A stretch of DNA of 64,000 bases from Octopus vulgaris (taxonomy: Eukaryota): assembly GCA_951406725.2 (NCBI GenBank), contig OX597815.1:22258001-22322000 (forward strand), written 5' to 3'. The stretch's first letter is position 1; each line of letters starts with the position of its first letter. The notes under the pieces were generated by a model that saw only the letters and a program-made list of their open reading frames with translations, did not search any database and was not told the origin of the DNA. The position numbers and the translations under genes were made by a program. This document shows, piece by piece, positions 14,058 to 28,719 of this stretch.

Positions 14058-17039
14058 CACACACACACACACACGCACATACACACACATACACGAACAT
14101 GCACATACACACATATACACATACACACACACACATACACGGGCACACACACGCACACACACACGCAGCACACACAGGCAGTAGGCACATATATACATGT
14201 GTATATGTATGTATGTATGTATGTATGCATATATGTATGTATGTATGTATCTATCGGCCTCTCTCGTTCTCTCTCTCTCACTCACTTTCTTTCTTCCCCC
14301 AACTCTCTTTCTCTCTCTCTCTTTCCATATATATATATATATATATGCATGCATGTGTGCATGAATAAATTAAGGAATCTCTAAGATATTTAATGTCTAT
14401 AACTATATTTCGTGAATGCTCAAAATTAAACTGGCCATGCGTATGGGGAATCAAAACCGAAATCACTCCTTAATATATGATGGTTTTGTATTCATATAAG
14501 GATAATATAATGGAAATGATGAATTAATTTTGATTAAGTATCTCACATTCTGACATTGGCTTCCTTCGGGCGATTTATTTTATGATTAGAAAACAATAGG
14601 TTTTTAATTAAGCCTAACACTTGTCCACTTAATAGGAAAAACAATGAATAAATTGGTAGAATGTTAGTCTCGCTATAAGATTGAACTGTTGATTATCGTC
14701 AATGGAACTTCTATTTATAACGAAATTGTAGATCGAAATATATTTTGAGATCATGGTTTTGTAACTAAATTCAGTTTTGTTATTGTTAAGGTGAACAAAT
14801 AAAAAGTTTCAAAATGATGAGATACAAAATTTAATTTCCTTTTCCATTCCATTCCTTAGGTAAATGGATGCAGTAAACTAAGCGTGAAACTATGACATTA
14901 CTAACCAAACTTTCGATAGTTTTAGAAACTCTGAGCCAGACATGTCTTGTTGAAGATGAAATTTCAAGTAAAAATACATTTTTCTGGTAGATTAACCATT
15001 AAAGTGAAGGAAACAATTAAAATTGAAGTTAAATTCTGTATATCATCTCAATTTGTTCACATGTAGTCGTTAAACAATTTTCTAACCGGATTCGTTAAGC
15101 CATTTTCTTACGTCTTCCAAAGCATACCTCATTCCAATAAGTTCTATATTGACTTATATAATTGAAACATATCATATCTTCGATTTGCGTGAAACTACAT
15201 ACAGAATATATTTTCCTCCAGGTTATTTTGAGTAGGTTGAAAGGCTGTTGATGAAACAGTTATGTAACTTTGGACAAATTGTCGTAATGAATTACTTCAC
15301 TTTACGTTCTGAGTTCAAATTCCTTTGAATGAAACTTCCTCATTTTTTCGCCCAATGTCAATTAAATCAGAACCACTATTCTACATTCTGAATCAGTTGA
15401 CACAATTATACAAACACGTTATAAATTTGCGACCTTGTTAACAATGCAAAATATTAATATTTTAGCTAGGTTTAATCAAATTTCATGTTTCAATTTTTTA
15501 ACAATTAGGCCGAGGAGACATTTTTACGGTTTAGTGAAAGAAGATACTGCTAGAAGGGAGTTGCAAATATATGTAAGAATATTTGAAAATTGATTAATTT
15601 CATTATATTTGTTTTGGTTTTATTCACAGAATATGCAATCCAGTAATTTCTTTCGATGTATTTTCAACAGCAAATATTTCTCTGTACTCACGTGTTTCAA
15701 ATAAAGAATTTGACGTATCACATATATGAATGAATGGATACATACATTATATACATGTGTGCGTGTGTGCATATATACACGACAGTGTGTATCACTCTCT
15801 AATATACACAAATATGTACAGTCATATGTGTATGTGTGGTTGCATTGCTTCGTATATCTATTGAGAAAGTCACAAATTTCATCGATAGATTAAAAAAAAT
15901 TAGCAATTCTTCAACGTTGTATGCAATGTAATTTTATGCGGTTATTCATGTAATAAGTGAGCATCTTTTCCACTTAACTTTTGTAATATTGCTTTATGAG
16001 TGCTATCGTCATCCTTGTGTAGTACTCAAGTATCCGCAGAATGTTGTGTATAGAGGTAAAAAGCAAATTTAATGAGAAAGCTAAATAAACGAAGAGCAAT
16101 AATTTATTTCACTTTCTTTTGGATATTTTGTATCAGTAACAAATGTTCATCGATGATTTGAATTTGTACTTATACCTCAATATACGTTTTTGTGAAACAA
16201 ATCGCACATTTTTTTCATTTGTGATTTCTAACCCTGGGTTAACTTTCTTCAGACAAAGCTATGATCAAAATTGTTCTATTAGTCTCATCATTTAACTAAA
16301 TCGAAATTTTTGGAAGTGTACTTGCTTTTTAAAACAGCAGATTGATGCTTGATAGAAATTTGACAGCGCTAGTTGAAGGCCTTATACGTTTTAGATTAGG
16401 AATAAAGTGCACTGTAAGTAAATAAATGGTATACCATTTAGAATATCTTTAGAACTTTACCCCAAACAGATACTACCCTCTGTCTTCTCTCCGCCTTAAA
16501 TATACAAAAGATTTGATAAACTTGTCTATAAATTTAAACTGCCCCCGTAATAAAACTAAATAACAGAAAAATCAGTGTCAGGCAGTGTCTTCTTGCAATA
16601 ATTTCAGTTACAACTATGATGTTGTTGGTAAAACATGTTCTTTGTCTAACTCCTTATCCTCTTGGAGAATTTAGGTAAAATTATACTCATGTGTCCTTCT
16701 AATTTAATTAAATTCTATGTCTTTGTGCAACTGAAGATTGTTCTACATTTTAAATTGATGTAATGAAATGATTGCATTGTTCAATTAAATGGAGTCGCAT
16801 GAAACGATCGTGCTGAATTACCTCTGAATATATTTGTTATTTATTTTGATTTTAATCACCTTATTTTGAAATTTTATGCATAATGCCGTACTAAATTCTG
16901 GTGCCTCAACTTAAGTACCATATTCATCTGAATATAAACTTTTATATGTAAATATATTTTATAGACAAGATGTAGCTCTCTCACACCACTATCGGTTAAC
17001 GTATTAGATTGAATGGTTGAATGAGGTCAGTTGATGAGG

Positions 17040-17500
17040 TAAAGAGTGAGAGTTGCTGCTGGAAGACTATATGTGAGGCTGCAGGATTCGGTTCCTTGCT
17101 ATAATTTCGGTAAGTGTGAGAAGTGGTTATTACAATATTTCTACGACTTCACCAGTTCCGATTCCTGTCCTCCTAATTACACTGATTGTAATCCTATGGA
17201 TTACTGAGTTTGGGACAAGTTGAAAGAAACACGAATTGCTCTGTCTGCAAGATGAAAACCGAGCTGGTGGCCAAGATCAAGGGGTTCGAAGATCATAGTG
17301 ACAAAAGCAAGCGCCGGGTTACAGAGCTTTCTTCAGGCCGTAATGGAAGTTGAGGGCACCTATTTTGAGTAAACTGTAATTTGCCAGCCGTAACCTAGTT
17401 GATACTTTTTTGATTTTGAAAAATACTTTTATTTTAGGATGAAATATTGTATTTTCTTTTCCTTTTATGCAAACTGTCAAATTTATACCTGTGCCTGTCA
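17040..17500 (+). mobile_element. Decayed Tc1/mariner-superfamily transposase C-terminus
   Basis: QDSVPC, PPNYTDCNPMDY*VW and KTELVAKIK remnants. Confidence 0.7.
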
Positions 17501-18288
17501 AATCTTATGTCCCTTCCACACACGCTAGCTTAATTTAATTCGTCCTTAGTCAAAAGACACCTGTTGTTATGTCCTGTTATTTGCATTTGTATTTGTGTAA
17601 CATTCTCCGTTTTTTTTCCGTCCTTGTTTTCGTATACATTCGCTGCTTTCTTCCAAAGAATCTAATGCACTTAGCTTAGTTTTTCCTTGGGGCTGGCCAG
17701 ATTGGAGTAATCTCGAGTATAACCAGCCGAACTTGCAAAGATAATCTGGAACTTGACTGAGGATAAAAATCTCCGAATGAATCGTCCTTGTTTTCTTTGT
17801 ATCGTCTGTCTGGATGTTTTGTGTTCTTGTCCCATTTTTGTATTTATATATATATACATATGCGCGTGTTTTTTGTGTTTGCATGTGCGTGTGTGTTGGG
17901 GTGAGTGTGTGGGGCTGTGCAGGGGGTGAGTGTGTGTGTATGTGTACATATATGGTGAGAGAGGGGGAGAATGGTTTATGAAATGCTTTTGTACATGTGG
18001 TTTAGATAGTATATCCGAATCTTTAACTCCAACTTAATCAGGGTTAGGAAGTGCAAAGGTAGAAAGTCAGCTATAAGAACGATGAACATCCAGCGGGTTT
18101 GGAAGTAGAACGGCGCACAAATAACAACGCACGTAAGGAATGTATTTAGATGAAAAGTTGCATTTACATCATGTGATTTGCATGTGCAACTTTTTATATA
18201 AATACTTTTCTTACGCCTGTTATTGGTACTCTGTCTTTCTAGTTCTCTAGTCTTCTCCCCTACTCTCTCCCTCTATCTGTCTGTCTAT

Positions 18289-18346
<58 letters not shown>

Positions 18347-18387
18347 ATATATATATGTATATGTATATATATATGTATATGTATATA

Positions 18388-18432
<45 letters not shown>

Positions 18433-18446
18433 TTATATATATATAT

Positions 18447-18478
<32 letters not shown>

Positions 18479-18585
18479 GTTTGTGTGTGTGTGTGTTTAT
18501 GTATATATACTTACACATACATCACTATATTTATATATTATATGTGTGAGTGTGTGTGAATGCGTGTGTGTGTGTATGTGCGTAT

Positions 18586-18617
<32 letters not shown>

Positions 18618-19174
18618 TTGTGTGCGTGTACGTGTACAAATGTTTTAATGTAGGATTATATATCGGTTATGTTTAGAAAAATTACGAAAATCAGTAGTGC
18701 TATAATAACAACGATAATTTTTAGTCTGAGACTTGGCATAAGAATTAATTCTAGACGCAGTATTATTGGTTTTATGAATGCCAAAGTTGATGGTAAAATA
18801 GTAATAAAGGAAAGTTTGAGTTGAAACAACATTGGGTAAGTTGTATATCTATCTGGTGGGGGTAGATTTTCAGATGATGCATGTGATGTGAAGGTTCTGA
18901 TAATGATGTAACTAGACAACATAATGATAAAACATGTTTGTAAAAGAATATACAAGGTTTAGTTTGTTTCTAAATTGCTTTCAGATGTAGTTACATTTTA
19001 GTATATTATGAATGCTATTGTAAATTACATTAAAATTCACAGCGGCAATGATATGGATGTATTCGCTTAACTTCCGGTGCACTTAACTCTTTGGGTATGC
19101 GATGTAAAGTATTGGTTTCTCCAGAGATGATATTACACACCTTGCATGAGCCAATACTGAGCAATCGACTGCAT

Positions 19175-19205
<31 letters not shown>

Positions 19206-19630
19206 AGATATATATGTGTATATATATATGTGTGTGTGCGTTCTTGTGTGTGTGTATGTGTGTATTTAGATATGTATCTATGTACATGCAAACAAATTTG
19301 TGTGCGCAAGTGAATTAAAGCTCACAAGCGCACACACAGATTCACACACAGATACACACACAGACTCAAACACACACATAACAATCTCTGTAATACACAC
19401 ACACACACACATAATATGTTCCTTTGAAAATATGTTTTGCAAGTGTATATTAATGTTATTAATAAATGCTGTTATCAATGTATATTTGTGCGCAGAATAT
19501 ACATCTACATATATGTGTATGTGTGCATGTGTGTGTATATGTGTGTGTGCATATGTGTGTGTGCATATGTGTGCGTGTGTGTGTGTGTGTGCATATGTGT
19601 GCGTGTGTGAATGTCCATAGGTATGCTCAC

Positions 19631-19720
<90 letters not shown>

Positions 19721-20127
19721 AAAACAGACAGAGAGGGAAGCTGGGAGAGTGTTAAATACGTGTTAGTCAATACATTGCTTACCCATTATAAAAATGAAAG
19801 ATTGCATATTTGTTCGAAGCACGCGAGAAGTCAAAATTAAAATGTATATGCAACGAATTTCCTTATTAAACACACGTCACAAACGCACGCACACACACAT
19901 ACACACACAAACGTACATACATTACACACAAAATCAATTATGATTACTATTAGGATTATGAATTTCGATCTGAGTTGAAATCTGCGAGGTCTACTTTATG
20001 AAATAAGAATCAGTCGAGTACTGTAGGCGATGGAATCGACAATCTTACTCTCCACTCCTCAAAATTCAGCCCATGTGCCTATACTAGAAAGAATTATTGT
20101 GATTATGAATCTTCTTCTTCTTCTTCT

Positions 20128-20163
<36 letters not shown>

Positions 20164-20278
20164 AATTTAATTACTTATATGTTTGTCACATTAATATTGC
20201 GTGCTTTCATTGCATTACCAAACACAGCTCTGTTTGCCTTGAGTTCATGCAAAGTTTTGATTTGGTTTCTGTTGCATT

Positions 20279-20880
20279 GAAGGCGGCGAGCTGGCAGAAA
20301 CGTTAGCACGCCGGGTAAAATGTGTAGCTGTATTTCGTCTGCCGTTACGTTAAGGCGGCGATCTGGCAGAATCGTTACCACGCCGGGCGAAATGCTTACC
20401 GGCATTTCGTCCGCCGCTGCATTCTGAGTTCAAATTCCGCCGAGGTCGACTTTTCCTTTCATCCTTTCGGGGTCGATAAATTAAGTACCAGTTACGCACT
20501 GGGGTTGATGTAATCGACTTAATCCGTTTGTCTGTCCTTGTTTGTCCTCTCTGTGTTTAGCTCCTTGCGGGTAGTAAAGAAATAGGTATTTCGTTTTTCG
20601 CTACGTTCTGAGTTCAAATTCCGCCGAGGTCGACTTTGCCTTTCATCCTTCCTGGGTCGATTAAATAAGTACCAGTTACGCACTTAGGTTGATACAATCG
20701 ACTTAATTCGTTTGTCCTCTCTGTGTTTAGCCTCTTGTGGGTAGTAAAGAAATAGGTATTTCACTTGTTTATACGTTCTGAGTTCAAATTCTGCCGAGAT
20801 TGACTTTGTCTTTCATCCTTTTGGAGTCGTTGAAATAAGTCCCAGTTAACACTGGGGTCGATAGACTCGACTTCCCTCCT
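20279..20880 (+). mobile_element. SINE family B multimer
   Basis: Duplicated head followed by three tandem body units of about 170-180 bp, each restarting near the B-box. Confidence 0.85.
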
Positions 20881-21540
20881 CTCTTAAAATTTCAAATCTT
20901 GTACCTATAGCAGAAAGGGTTATTCTTATTGCATTAAAAATACTCTTCAAATAAGGGTTAGTTAAAATATCTCAACCCCTGTGTGTCTCATTGAAATAAA
21001 TCAATGATTATTGAAACTAAAAATGCCTACAATGGTAAAACACATGGCAATAATTCTTTGAATATTATCATTAGTAACATACACACAATACTATATCATT
21101 TGTATCAATACACTTTTTTAATAATGGCGTCTTTAAATCCTTTAATCTTAAGAAACTCGTCAATTTTCGTAGTTTAGAAGTTAATTTACATATTTGCGAC
21201 GGTTCGAATGATTATTATTGTATATCTGATTATTGTTGTAAGTATACTCCAAAGCACTGAAAAATAGCATAAACTGGCGATAACCCAAATGAAAAACATT
21301 AAAAAAGAAAGCGGTTTAAACCATGAATACAAGTACGAGAGTACTTCTTAAATCTGAGAAGGAAACACATCTTACATGCTTTTGCATTGATTAATATAAA
21401 GAGTAGTCTAAAGTTTACCAGAAACCAGATACTTTCATTTTCCTAGAATAAAAATTCTATCCTGGATTCGTGAGTCTGTACGGCAACAGATAAAATTCAA
21501 AACAATTGAAGCCATAAATAAACACTTTAATCAGACTTAC

Positions 21541-21581
21541 CGAATGTTACTATTTCCCAAAGAACTACAGCAAAAGACCAT
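21541..21581 (-). CDS. RTK-like gene, alphaF exon
   Basis: atttttcag acceptor, gtaagt donor; 41 nt; completes GT+A (Val) then WSFAVVLWEIVTF-G; phase compatible with the previous exon; absent from the ORF track. Confidence 0.92.
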
Positions 21582-22961
21582 CTGAAAAATACAAATGCGT
21601 AAAAAAAAAATAAGGCAAGAATTTTATGTCAAACCAAGACCTTTCAGTTATAAAACAAGGTCAATGTTTATAGGGGAAAATAATCGACGATTTAATTAAA
21701 TGCACAATACTCCGCCATGTATTTTATGGATATCGAATTATTAATAGCGAACCAAACTGTAAACTCAAAACACAGATGGTCAGAGCTAACCTTAATTCAG
21801 TACTTTTTTGTTTCAGCCAGCAAGTTACCCTTAATAGTTTTGCACACATACACACACACATATACACATGCATACTCGCACACATATGCAAATACATACA
21901 TATCCACGCGCACATGTACATATTCACACATGCGCACGCACACACACATATAAAATGTGACATGGAAACAGTTTACGAAGAAGAAAGAAAGGTTATACAA
22001 TGGGTAAACTGAATTTAATTGTATATATAAAACTGTTTAGATCCAAAAATAGTTCAAATCTCAATGATATTAAGGTTAGCCTTCCGTACAGTCGTTAAGC
22101 TCCTGGTTAATTCTGATCCAACAAACTTTTAATCAAAGGTTTTCAATCATTATTTTCAGTCAGTATTATATCTCGGACTACATTGTCTAACATACTTTCT
22201 TTAAGAAGATAGAATGAGACTCAATGGAAATTTTGACAGACACTTTTAGCAAGGCGAACAACCAAGCAGAGGTTGCCTTAGCTGGTGTAGTAGTCTTGTC
22301 GGTTGGAGAGGTGGCCTTTTTGAAATAGTGTTTATATTATTGACAGATGTTTCCAGCAGTACATCTCCAGGCTGAAAGGAGTTATCTTCTTGACGGAAGA
22401 GATAACCTTGTTGCCTCGACAGGATAGCCTTGTTCGATCGTGAATTTTAATACTACCTTGAGAGGCTTCCTTATTGAAAGTGTTTGTCTTATTGGTATAA
22501 GAGATTGCCTTCTTGATTGCTTAGTTTGCTGGATAGATTGCATTGTTGATAGAGAGATTGTTATGCTCGTTTGAAAGCTTGTCTGTTTTGTTTGTAGGAA
22601 ATGTCTTGTTGGCTCGAAAGGTTGCCATTGTTGGCTTGATTTATCCGGGTTTTATTAATGAGCCGAATTAGGAATTCATAATGTGTCTATACACTAAATT
22701 TAGCAAAAAGCATTGTAGATTAAGGTCACCCGCTGAGTTTCGATAATCTGTTGTCGATGATCTTAAAGGTTTTATATCAAGGCAACGAAGATGTTTTCAC
22801 ATTGTCAGACGTGTGATCTGCTAAAAATAGCTGCCACAAATTTCTCATATCAGGTCCTACTATCTTACTACAGAGAAAGGGCACATTTGATAACGTAGAC
22901 CTTTCTGCACTGTGCCTGCTGAAATACAGCATGGTATCGGCTTGAATGTCATTGGTTATAT

Positions 22962-23349
22962 GGGAGGAAGCACTCCGTCGGTTACGACGACGAGGGTTCC
23001 GGTTGATCCGAATCAACGGAACAGCCTGCTCGTGAAATTAACGTGTGAGTGGCTGAGCACTCCACAGACACGTGTACCCTTAACGTAGTTCTAGGGGATA
23101 TTCAGCGTGACACAGAGAGTGACAAGGCCGGCCCTTTGAAATACAGGTACAACAGAAACAGGAAGTAAGAGTGAGAGAAAGTTGTGGTGAAAGAGTACAG
23201 CAGGGATCACCACCATCCCCTGTCGGAGCCTCGTGGAGCTTTAGGTGTTTTCGCTCAATAAACACTCACAACGCCCGGTCTGGGAATCGAAACCGCGATC
23301 CTACAACCGCGAGTCCGCTGCCCTAACCACTGGGCCATTGCGCCTCCAC
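22962..23349 (-). mobile_element. tRNA-derived SINE, family C (Octopus OR-like), full length
   Basis: A-box tggcccagtgg and B-box ggtttcgattcc; 12-bp TSD cattggttatat at 22950-22961 and 23350-23361. Confidence 0.85.
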
Positions 23350-23830
23350 CATTGGTTATATATGTGTTTAATCACCGCTGACCTGAGATGGAATAAAACA
23401 ACTATTATTCTATTTTCCCTGAAAGTGACTTATCCAACAAAGAATGCGTAAATTCTTGAGAAGAAACTTCAAGAACAAACACATTTTTGCAAGTTGAAGC
23501 ACAAAGACGTTTTGTGGAAAGAATCGTTGTATTTGTTTATATTACAAACACTGAAAATACATCAACAAAAAATATTTGTATGATCTATTTTTTTTTATCT
23601 CTGTGTATTATTTTACTACACTCAGTATCAGTGATATACTACAACTTTATTGAACTCTATAAAAATGTTGGCTTTCTTCCAGATAAAAGGAGCTGCTCAT
23701 CGTCACCATCGTCATAGGTTATAATAGTAGAAGGATTTCTTAAAAGAAGTGCCAATCAAGTACCCCACCTTTAAAACCTTCTGGTTTTGTGTCTAAACTA
23801 TAAACCCTTACTACTAATAATAATGAGATT

Positions 23831-24216
23831 GTGGAACCGCAATGGCCCAGTGGTTAGGGTAGCGGACTCGCGGTCGTAGGATCGCGGTTTCGATTCCCAG
23901 ACCGGGCGTTGTGAGTGTTTATTGAGCGAAAACACCTAAAGCTCCACGAGGCTCCGACAGGGGATGGTGGTGATCCCTGCTGTACTCTTTCACCACAACT
24001 TTCTCTCACTCTTACTTCCTGTTTCTGTTGTACCTGTATTTCAAAGGGCCGGCCTTGTAACTCTCTGTGTCACGCTGAATATCCCCAAGAACTACGTTAA
24101 GGGTACACGTGTCTGTGGAGTGCTCAGCCACTTACACGTTAATTTCACGAGCAGGCTGTTCCGTTGATCGGATCAACCGGAACCCTCGTTGTCGTAACCG
24201 ACGGAGTGCTTCCATC
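23831..24216 (+). mobile_element. tRNA-derived SINE, family C, full length
   Basis: Near-identical to the 22962-23349 copy in opposite orientation; 12-bp TSD aataatgagatt at 23819-23830 and 24217-24228. Confidence 0.85.
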
Positions 24217-24904
24217 AATAATGAGATTTCATAAAATAAGTGCCAGTCAAGTACTGGAGGCTTCTTTCTTTACCCAATATTTGTGACCAGGGTGAAAACG
24301 ATTAGACTGTTTGTAACTACAGTCTTGCACCAGTAGATTGATATAGAGTTGTTGGGTGAGGGCTAGTAACCTTGGTGGTCAGGAGAATCGTTAGCACACC
24401 GGTCAGTATACTCAGCAGCATTTATTTTCCGGCTTTACGTTCTGAGATCAAATAATGTGGAGGTCCACTTTGGAATTCATTATTTAGTAGGTGATAAGAT
24501 AAATTCCAGTTGAGCACCGGGGTGAATATAATCGACAAGCCTTTCCCCTCCAAAATTCAGGCTGTGTGTTTTGACAGACTCATTAGTACCATAGAGACAA
24601 TGGTTAGCGGCATGTCGTCCGTCTTTATGTTCTGGGTTCAAATTCCGCGAGGTACACAAAGAGTGGGAGTAAAGAGAAAGAAACAGGAGGTGAACATACA
24701 AAGAAATTCGATTATTAACTGACTGCAAATTATCACCGATTTTACCGGATACTTTAAGAACAGAAGTATTACTTATTGTCATTTCCAGACCGAATTCTTC
24801 ACAATGGATAGAACGGTCCATCATGCTGCACCTATCCTATCAAGAACACTTCACTTTAATAACTAATTAAATACCAGAACATTCTTCGTGTGTTTGCATA
24901 TCTG

Positions 24905-25216
<312 letters not shown>

Positions 25217-25849
25217 TGGTTGTAAAGATTCAATGGAATCTTGGCACATAAATACTTAGGATGTCAGTAATAGATAGGTACAATAACATTGGGCTGACAG
25301 TGAGGTAAACAACAATGAAAGTATGAAATGTTGATAGGATACTGTAGATATGTAAGTAGCAAATCCAATTTAAAACGTAGATCCGACTGTGAGGTTAGTT
25401 CCAGGTGTGGCATAGGTAGAAAAAAAGAATACAAATAGCCATAAAAATTTACCACAGTTGTTTCGGTAGAATTTTATTGATGTATTCATAGATTACATCA
25501 CAACATATAATCCACCATCTTCAAGTAAAAGTTTAAACAGATAAAATATCAAACATGTGAGATTTCTCACATCGGACATGTCGAATCGGACATGTCGAAT
25601 CCGACATTGTTCGATGAGTAGTTCTTTAAAAAAATAACTCTCATATTTATAAGAAAATTAGGCGTGGGTTGAACCGGCATGCGAGAAGCAAAGAGACTAA
25701 ATCACTATAGTATTTAAATTCACTTATTTAAATTAGTTTATAGCTAATACAGGCGTTGAGAAAGTACAAGGATCATTGATATGCTGTAGCCGTGAGTTGA
25801 CATTAAAGGTTCTGAAAACCAAGCAGAGATATCTGCTCATCTTGCAAAC

Positions 25850-26075
25850 GTGGTCAAAGCACTGTAGTCTACGTTGTCGGACTTGGTCTTCAATGGTCGG
25901 CTGCTGCTAGCATTGTTCTCAGATCTGCGACTTCTGCGTTCGCGCCCCTTCGATTGTGTCTGGAAGAAGCCCAAATTCTCACCAAGGACCAAGATCCTTT
26001 CCGCGTCTTTTCCGCACGCTGGTTTTTGCCTGTCCTCCTCTACAACGCTGAGATCTGGATCATCCTCAAACAGGT
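25850..26075 (+). mobile_element. RTE-like LINE fragment
   Basis: VWKKPKFSPRTKI and LPVLLYNAEIW resemble the RTE post-RT region. Confidence 0.6.
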
Positions 26076-27332
26076 CTTTTCTTGGTGTATCTCTACGCGA
26101 CTGAATCTCAAACAACAATATCCAAGAACAAAGCCAGTAGCAGTAGCAGCTTTTATGTACATATGTACAACTGAATGCATATATGAAGCATATATCTATA
26201 GCTATATATTTGCTTGTGTGTATGCATGCACATACAACCATATATTCGTGTAAATATTTCTGTTATCAATATCAAGTCAAGTAAGCAGTTAACCATGTGA
26301 TGCGAGTCAATGATACGTTTATTTATTTGTCAAACTGAAAGACTCTGCCAGTTGTGTGATAAATCAACGTAACTAGAATAAACGAGACATGAACATATAG
26401 ACATATTGAACTAGGGTTCAAATGTGAGAAGCGAGGGGAGAAAGAAAAGCAAGTGGGTTTTGCCTGTAGAAGGAGGTAGGTGTCTTAGTTACCAAATACC
26501 TTCGATATTTGCGATTGTTCTGTAATCAGTTGTTTGTTTACTTTATTACACGTGTTGTTCGTCCTTATTTAGTCAATAACCAAGGATAATTTAATGGAAG
26601 TATACAAAGTGTCAATCATATATATTACAAACAGAATTAAAATGCCTGTTATGAATTGAACATATATATCTTGAACAGTATTGTGCCTTTATGGTGATTT
26701 TGTCTCCGTTATATTCTTTAAAAAAATGCATTTGCAAGATAATTCGTGTAACTGTCAGCTTTATCGTCTTATGACAAGTGTAAATAATGATGTTTCATAA
26801 CATGTAGACATGTACAACATCACAAATATAATGGTTTTAAATTCTGGCACAGGGCCAGCGGTTTTTGGGGAAGTCGATTATATGAACCCCAATACGTGAC
26901 TAATATTTATTTTTTCCCATCCTGAAAGGATGAAAGGCAAAGTTGACCTCGGAGTTGTTTGAAATCAGAACGTAAAGACGAACGAACTGCCGCTAAGTAC
27001 TCTATCCAGAATGCTAACGATTCTGCAAGATCGCCGTCTTAAACATCACAATTATAGTGGTCTGAGGAGAGGAAAAATTGCAACGCAAAACATTTAGCAA
27101 TCTAAACTTTAGCTGGCGTAGTCGGTCTCTGTCTGCAAAACATTTAAGATATTTTGGGAAAGGATTCATTGAAAATTGATAGGCATAATTTGTGTTGTAG
27201 CCTTGTATTGTTTTATTTTATCAAAACTCTCAGTAACGAATCATTGCTCTCGATAAGGAAATAATTGATAAGATGATTAATTACAAGTAATATTGAAGAC
27301 TGAAATGAAGTTGAACACAAAATAATACTTAC

Positions 27333-27403
27333 ACATCACTTTTAGTTGTAATCATTTGTGACCAAATTATATTTGGATCCATCCATTTTATAGATGCAAA
27401 GCT
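27333..27403 (-). CDS. RTK-like gene, P+1 loop / alphaEF exon
   Basis: tttttctag acceptor, gtaagt donor; 71 nt (phase 0 to 2) encoding SFASIKWMDPNIIWSQMITTKSD-V, equivalent to the RET [24 protein letters not shown] exon; absent from the ORF track. Confidence 0.9.
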
Positions 27404-28121
27404 CTAGAAAAACAAAAACACACGAATTAAGTTGAAATATATTTCTTTACTACCCACAAGGGGCTAAACATAGAGGGGACAAACAAGGACAGACAAAGGG
27501 ATTAAGTCGATTACATCGACCCCAGTGCGTAACTGGTCGCCCGACGTGCTAACGTTTCTGCCAGCTCGCCGCCCTACGAATTAAGTTGAAATAGTTTCCT
27601 TTACTACAGGAAAAGAACACAGTTCTAATAGACAGAATGGCAGTCAAAGTTAGAATATTTAAAATCAAGCTGAAAGTTGGCTGGGGAATGAATACATACA
27701 TACATACATACATACATACATACATACATACATACATACATACATACATACATACATACATACATACATACATAGCAATCTTCAGAAATTAGGTTTCTAA
27801 AAATCAGAAAGGAGAAAGCTAATTCGAAGACTACGGATCCAATCCATCACTGAAACTGTAAAAATCTGTAAAACATTCCAGAAGTTTATCATTTAAATGT
27901 ATATGAGCATGTCTAGGTATGCAACTATATGCATGAGAATACATACAGAAAAAAAGTATACAAATTTGCACTTATACATATATACAAACAAAAATACCCT
28001 GTTGCTGATGTGGAAATTCCAATGAAGGAGCCTTGGATCTAGGTTAGAAACTGGGTCTTTTTCTATTGGCAAGAAATCTTGAAACGAAACTGAAGAATGT
28101 CATAGACACATACATAAAATA

Positions 28122-28164
<43 letters not shown>

Positions 28165-28666
28165 ATTCATCCATACATACACACATAATATAAATATACA
28201 TATATATACATACATGTATGTATGTATTTTTCTATAAAGAGTTGGGATATTATTAATCCAGCCTGATGAAAAAAAGCATTTGCGAAGAATCTTGAATAAT
28301 TTTGTCTTTAATGTCATAAAAAGATGTTTCATGGTAGCAAATTCGTGTATATACGCAATCGATAAATCTAAAGCGTAAGAAAGTATACAAGAAATTACAG
28401 ATGTAAATACTAGAATCATCTATAAATATAGTGGAAAAACAAAATTTCTACCGAAATATCTCCCATAAAAAGGAAGGCAAGATACTATACTCAAAGAAGA
28501 AATAGACAGCGCTGGTTGGGAGAGAGTCGGAAAGAGAGGATATATAATGATCTCTTTTAAGGGTCCATTAACCCCTAGATCATGAAAAAGTAAAAAAAAA
28601 GGTGCAAGAAATAACTTTCTACATCAAAACAACGACATACATACATGTGTATGTGTGCGTGTGTGT

Positions 28667-28719
<53 letters not shown>

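Noticed and set aside
13883-14384. Long HT/CV/YI-rich ORFs here and at 18223, 35725, 46457, 54393, 61264 and elsewhere
   Set aside because: Translations of (CA)n, (TA)n and (TAGA)n microsatellites.
14547-14672. Minus-strand frame ...QVLGLIKN...HKINRPKEANVRM before gtgaga, a possible kinase alphaG exon
   Set aside because: Available acceptors are phase 2 whereas the upstream donor is phase 1; no PY motif or Cys.
20279-20880. Regularly spaced repeats suggestive of a CRISPR array or tRNA cluster
   Set aside because: Whole units repeat with no unique spacers and no complete cloverleaf; these are SINE multimers.
24480-24824. ORF starting MMDRSIHCEE resembling kinase MERPxxCSEE
   Set aside because: It is in the wrong order relative to the alphaF exon and runs into SINE sequence.
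28019-28070. TGAAGGAGCCT...AGGTTAGAAAC hammerhead-like string
   Set aside because: Core spacing and cleavage region do not fit the consensus.
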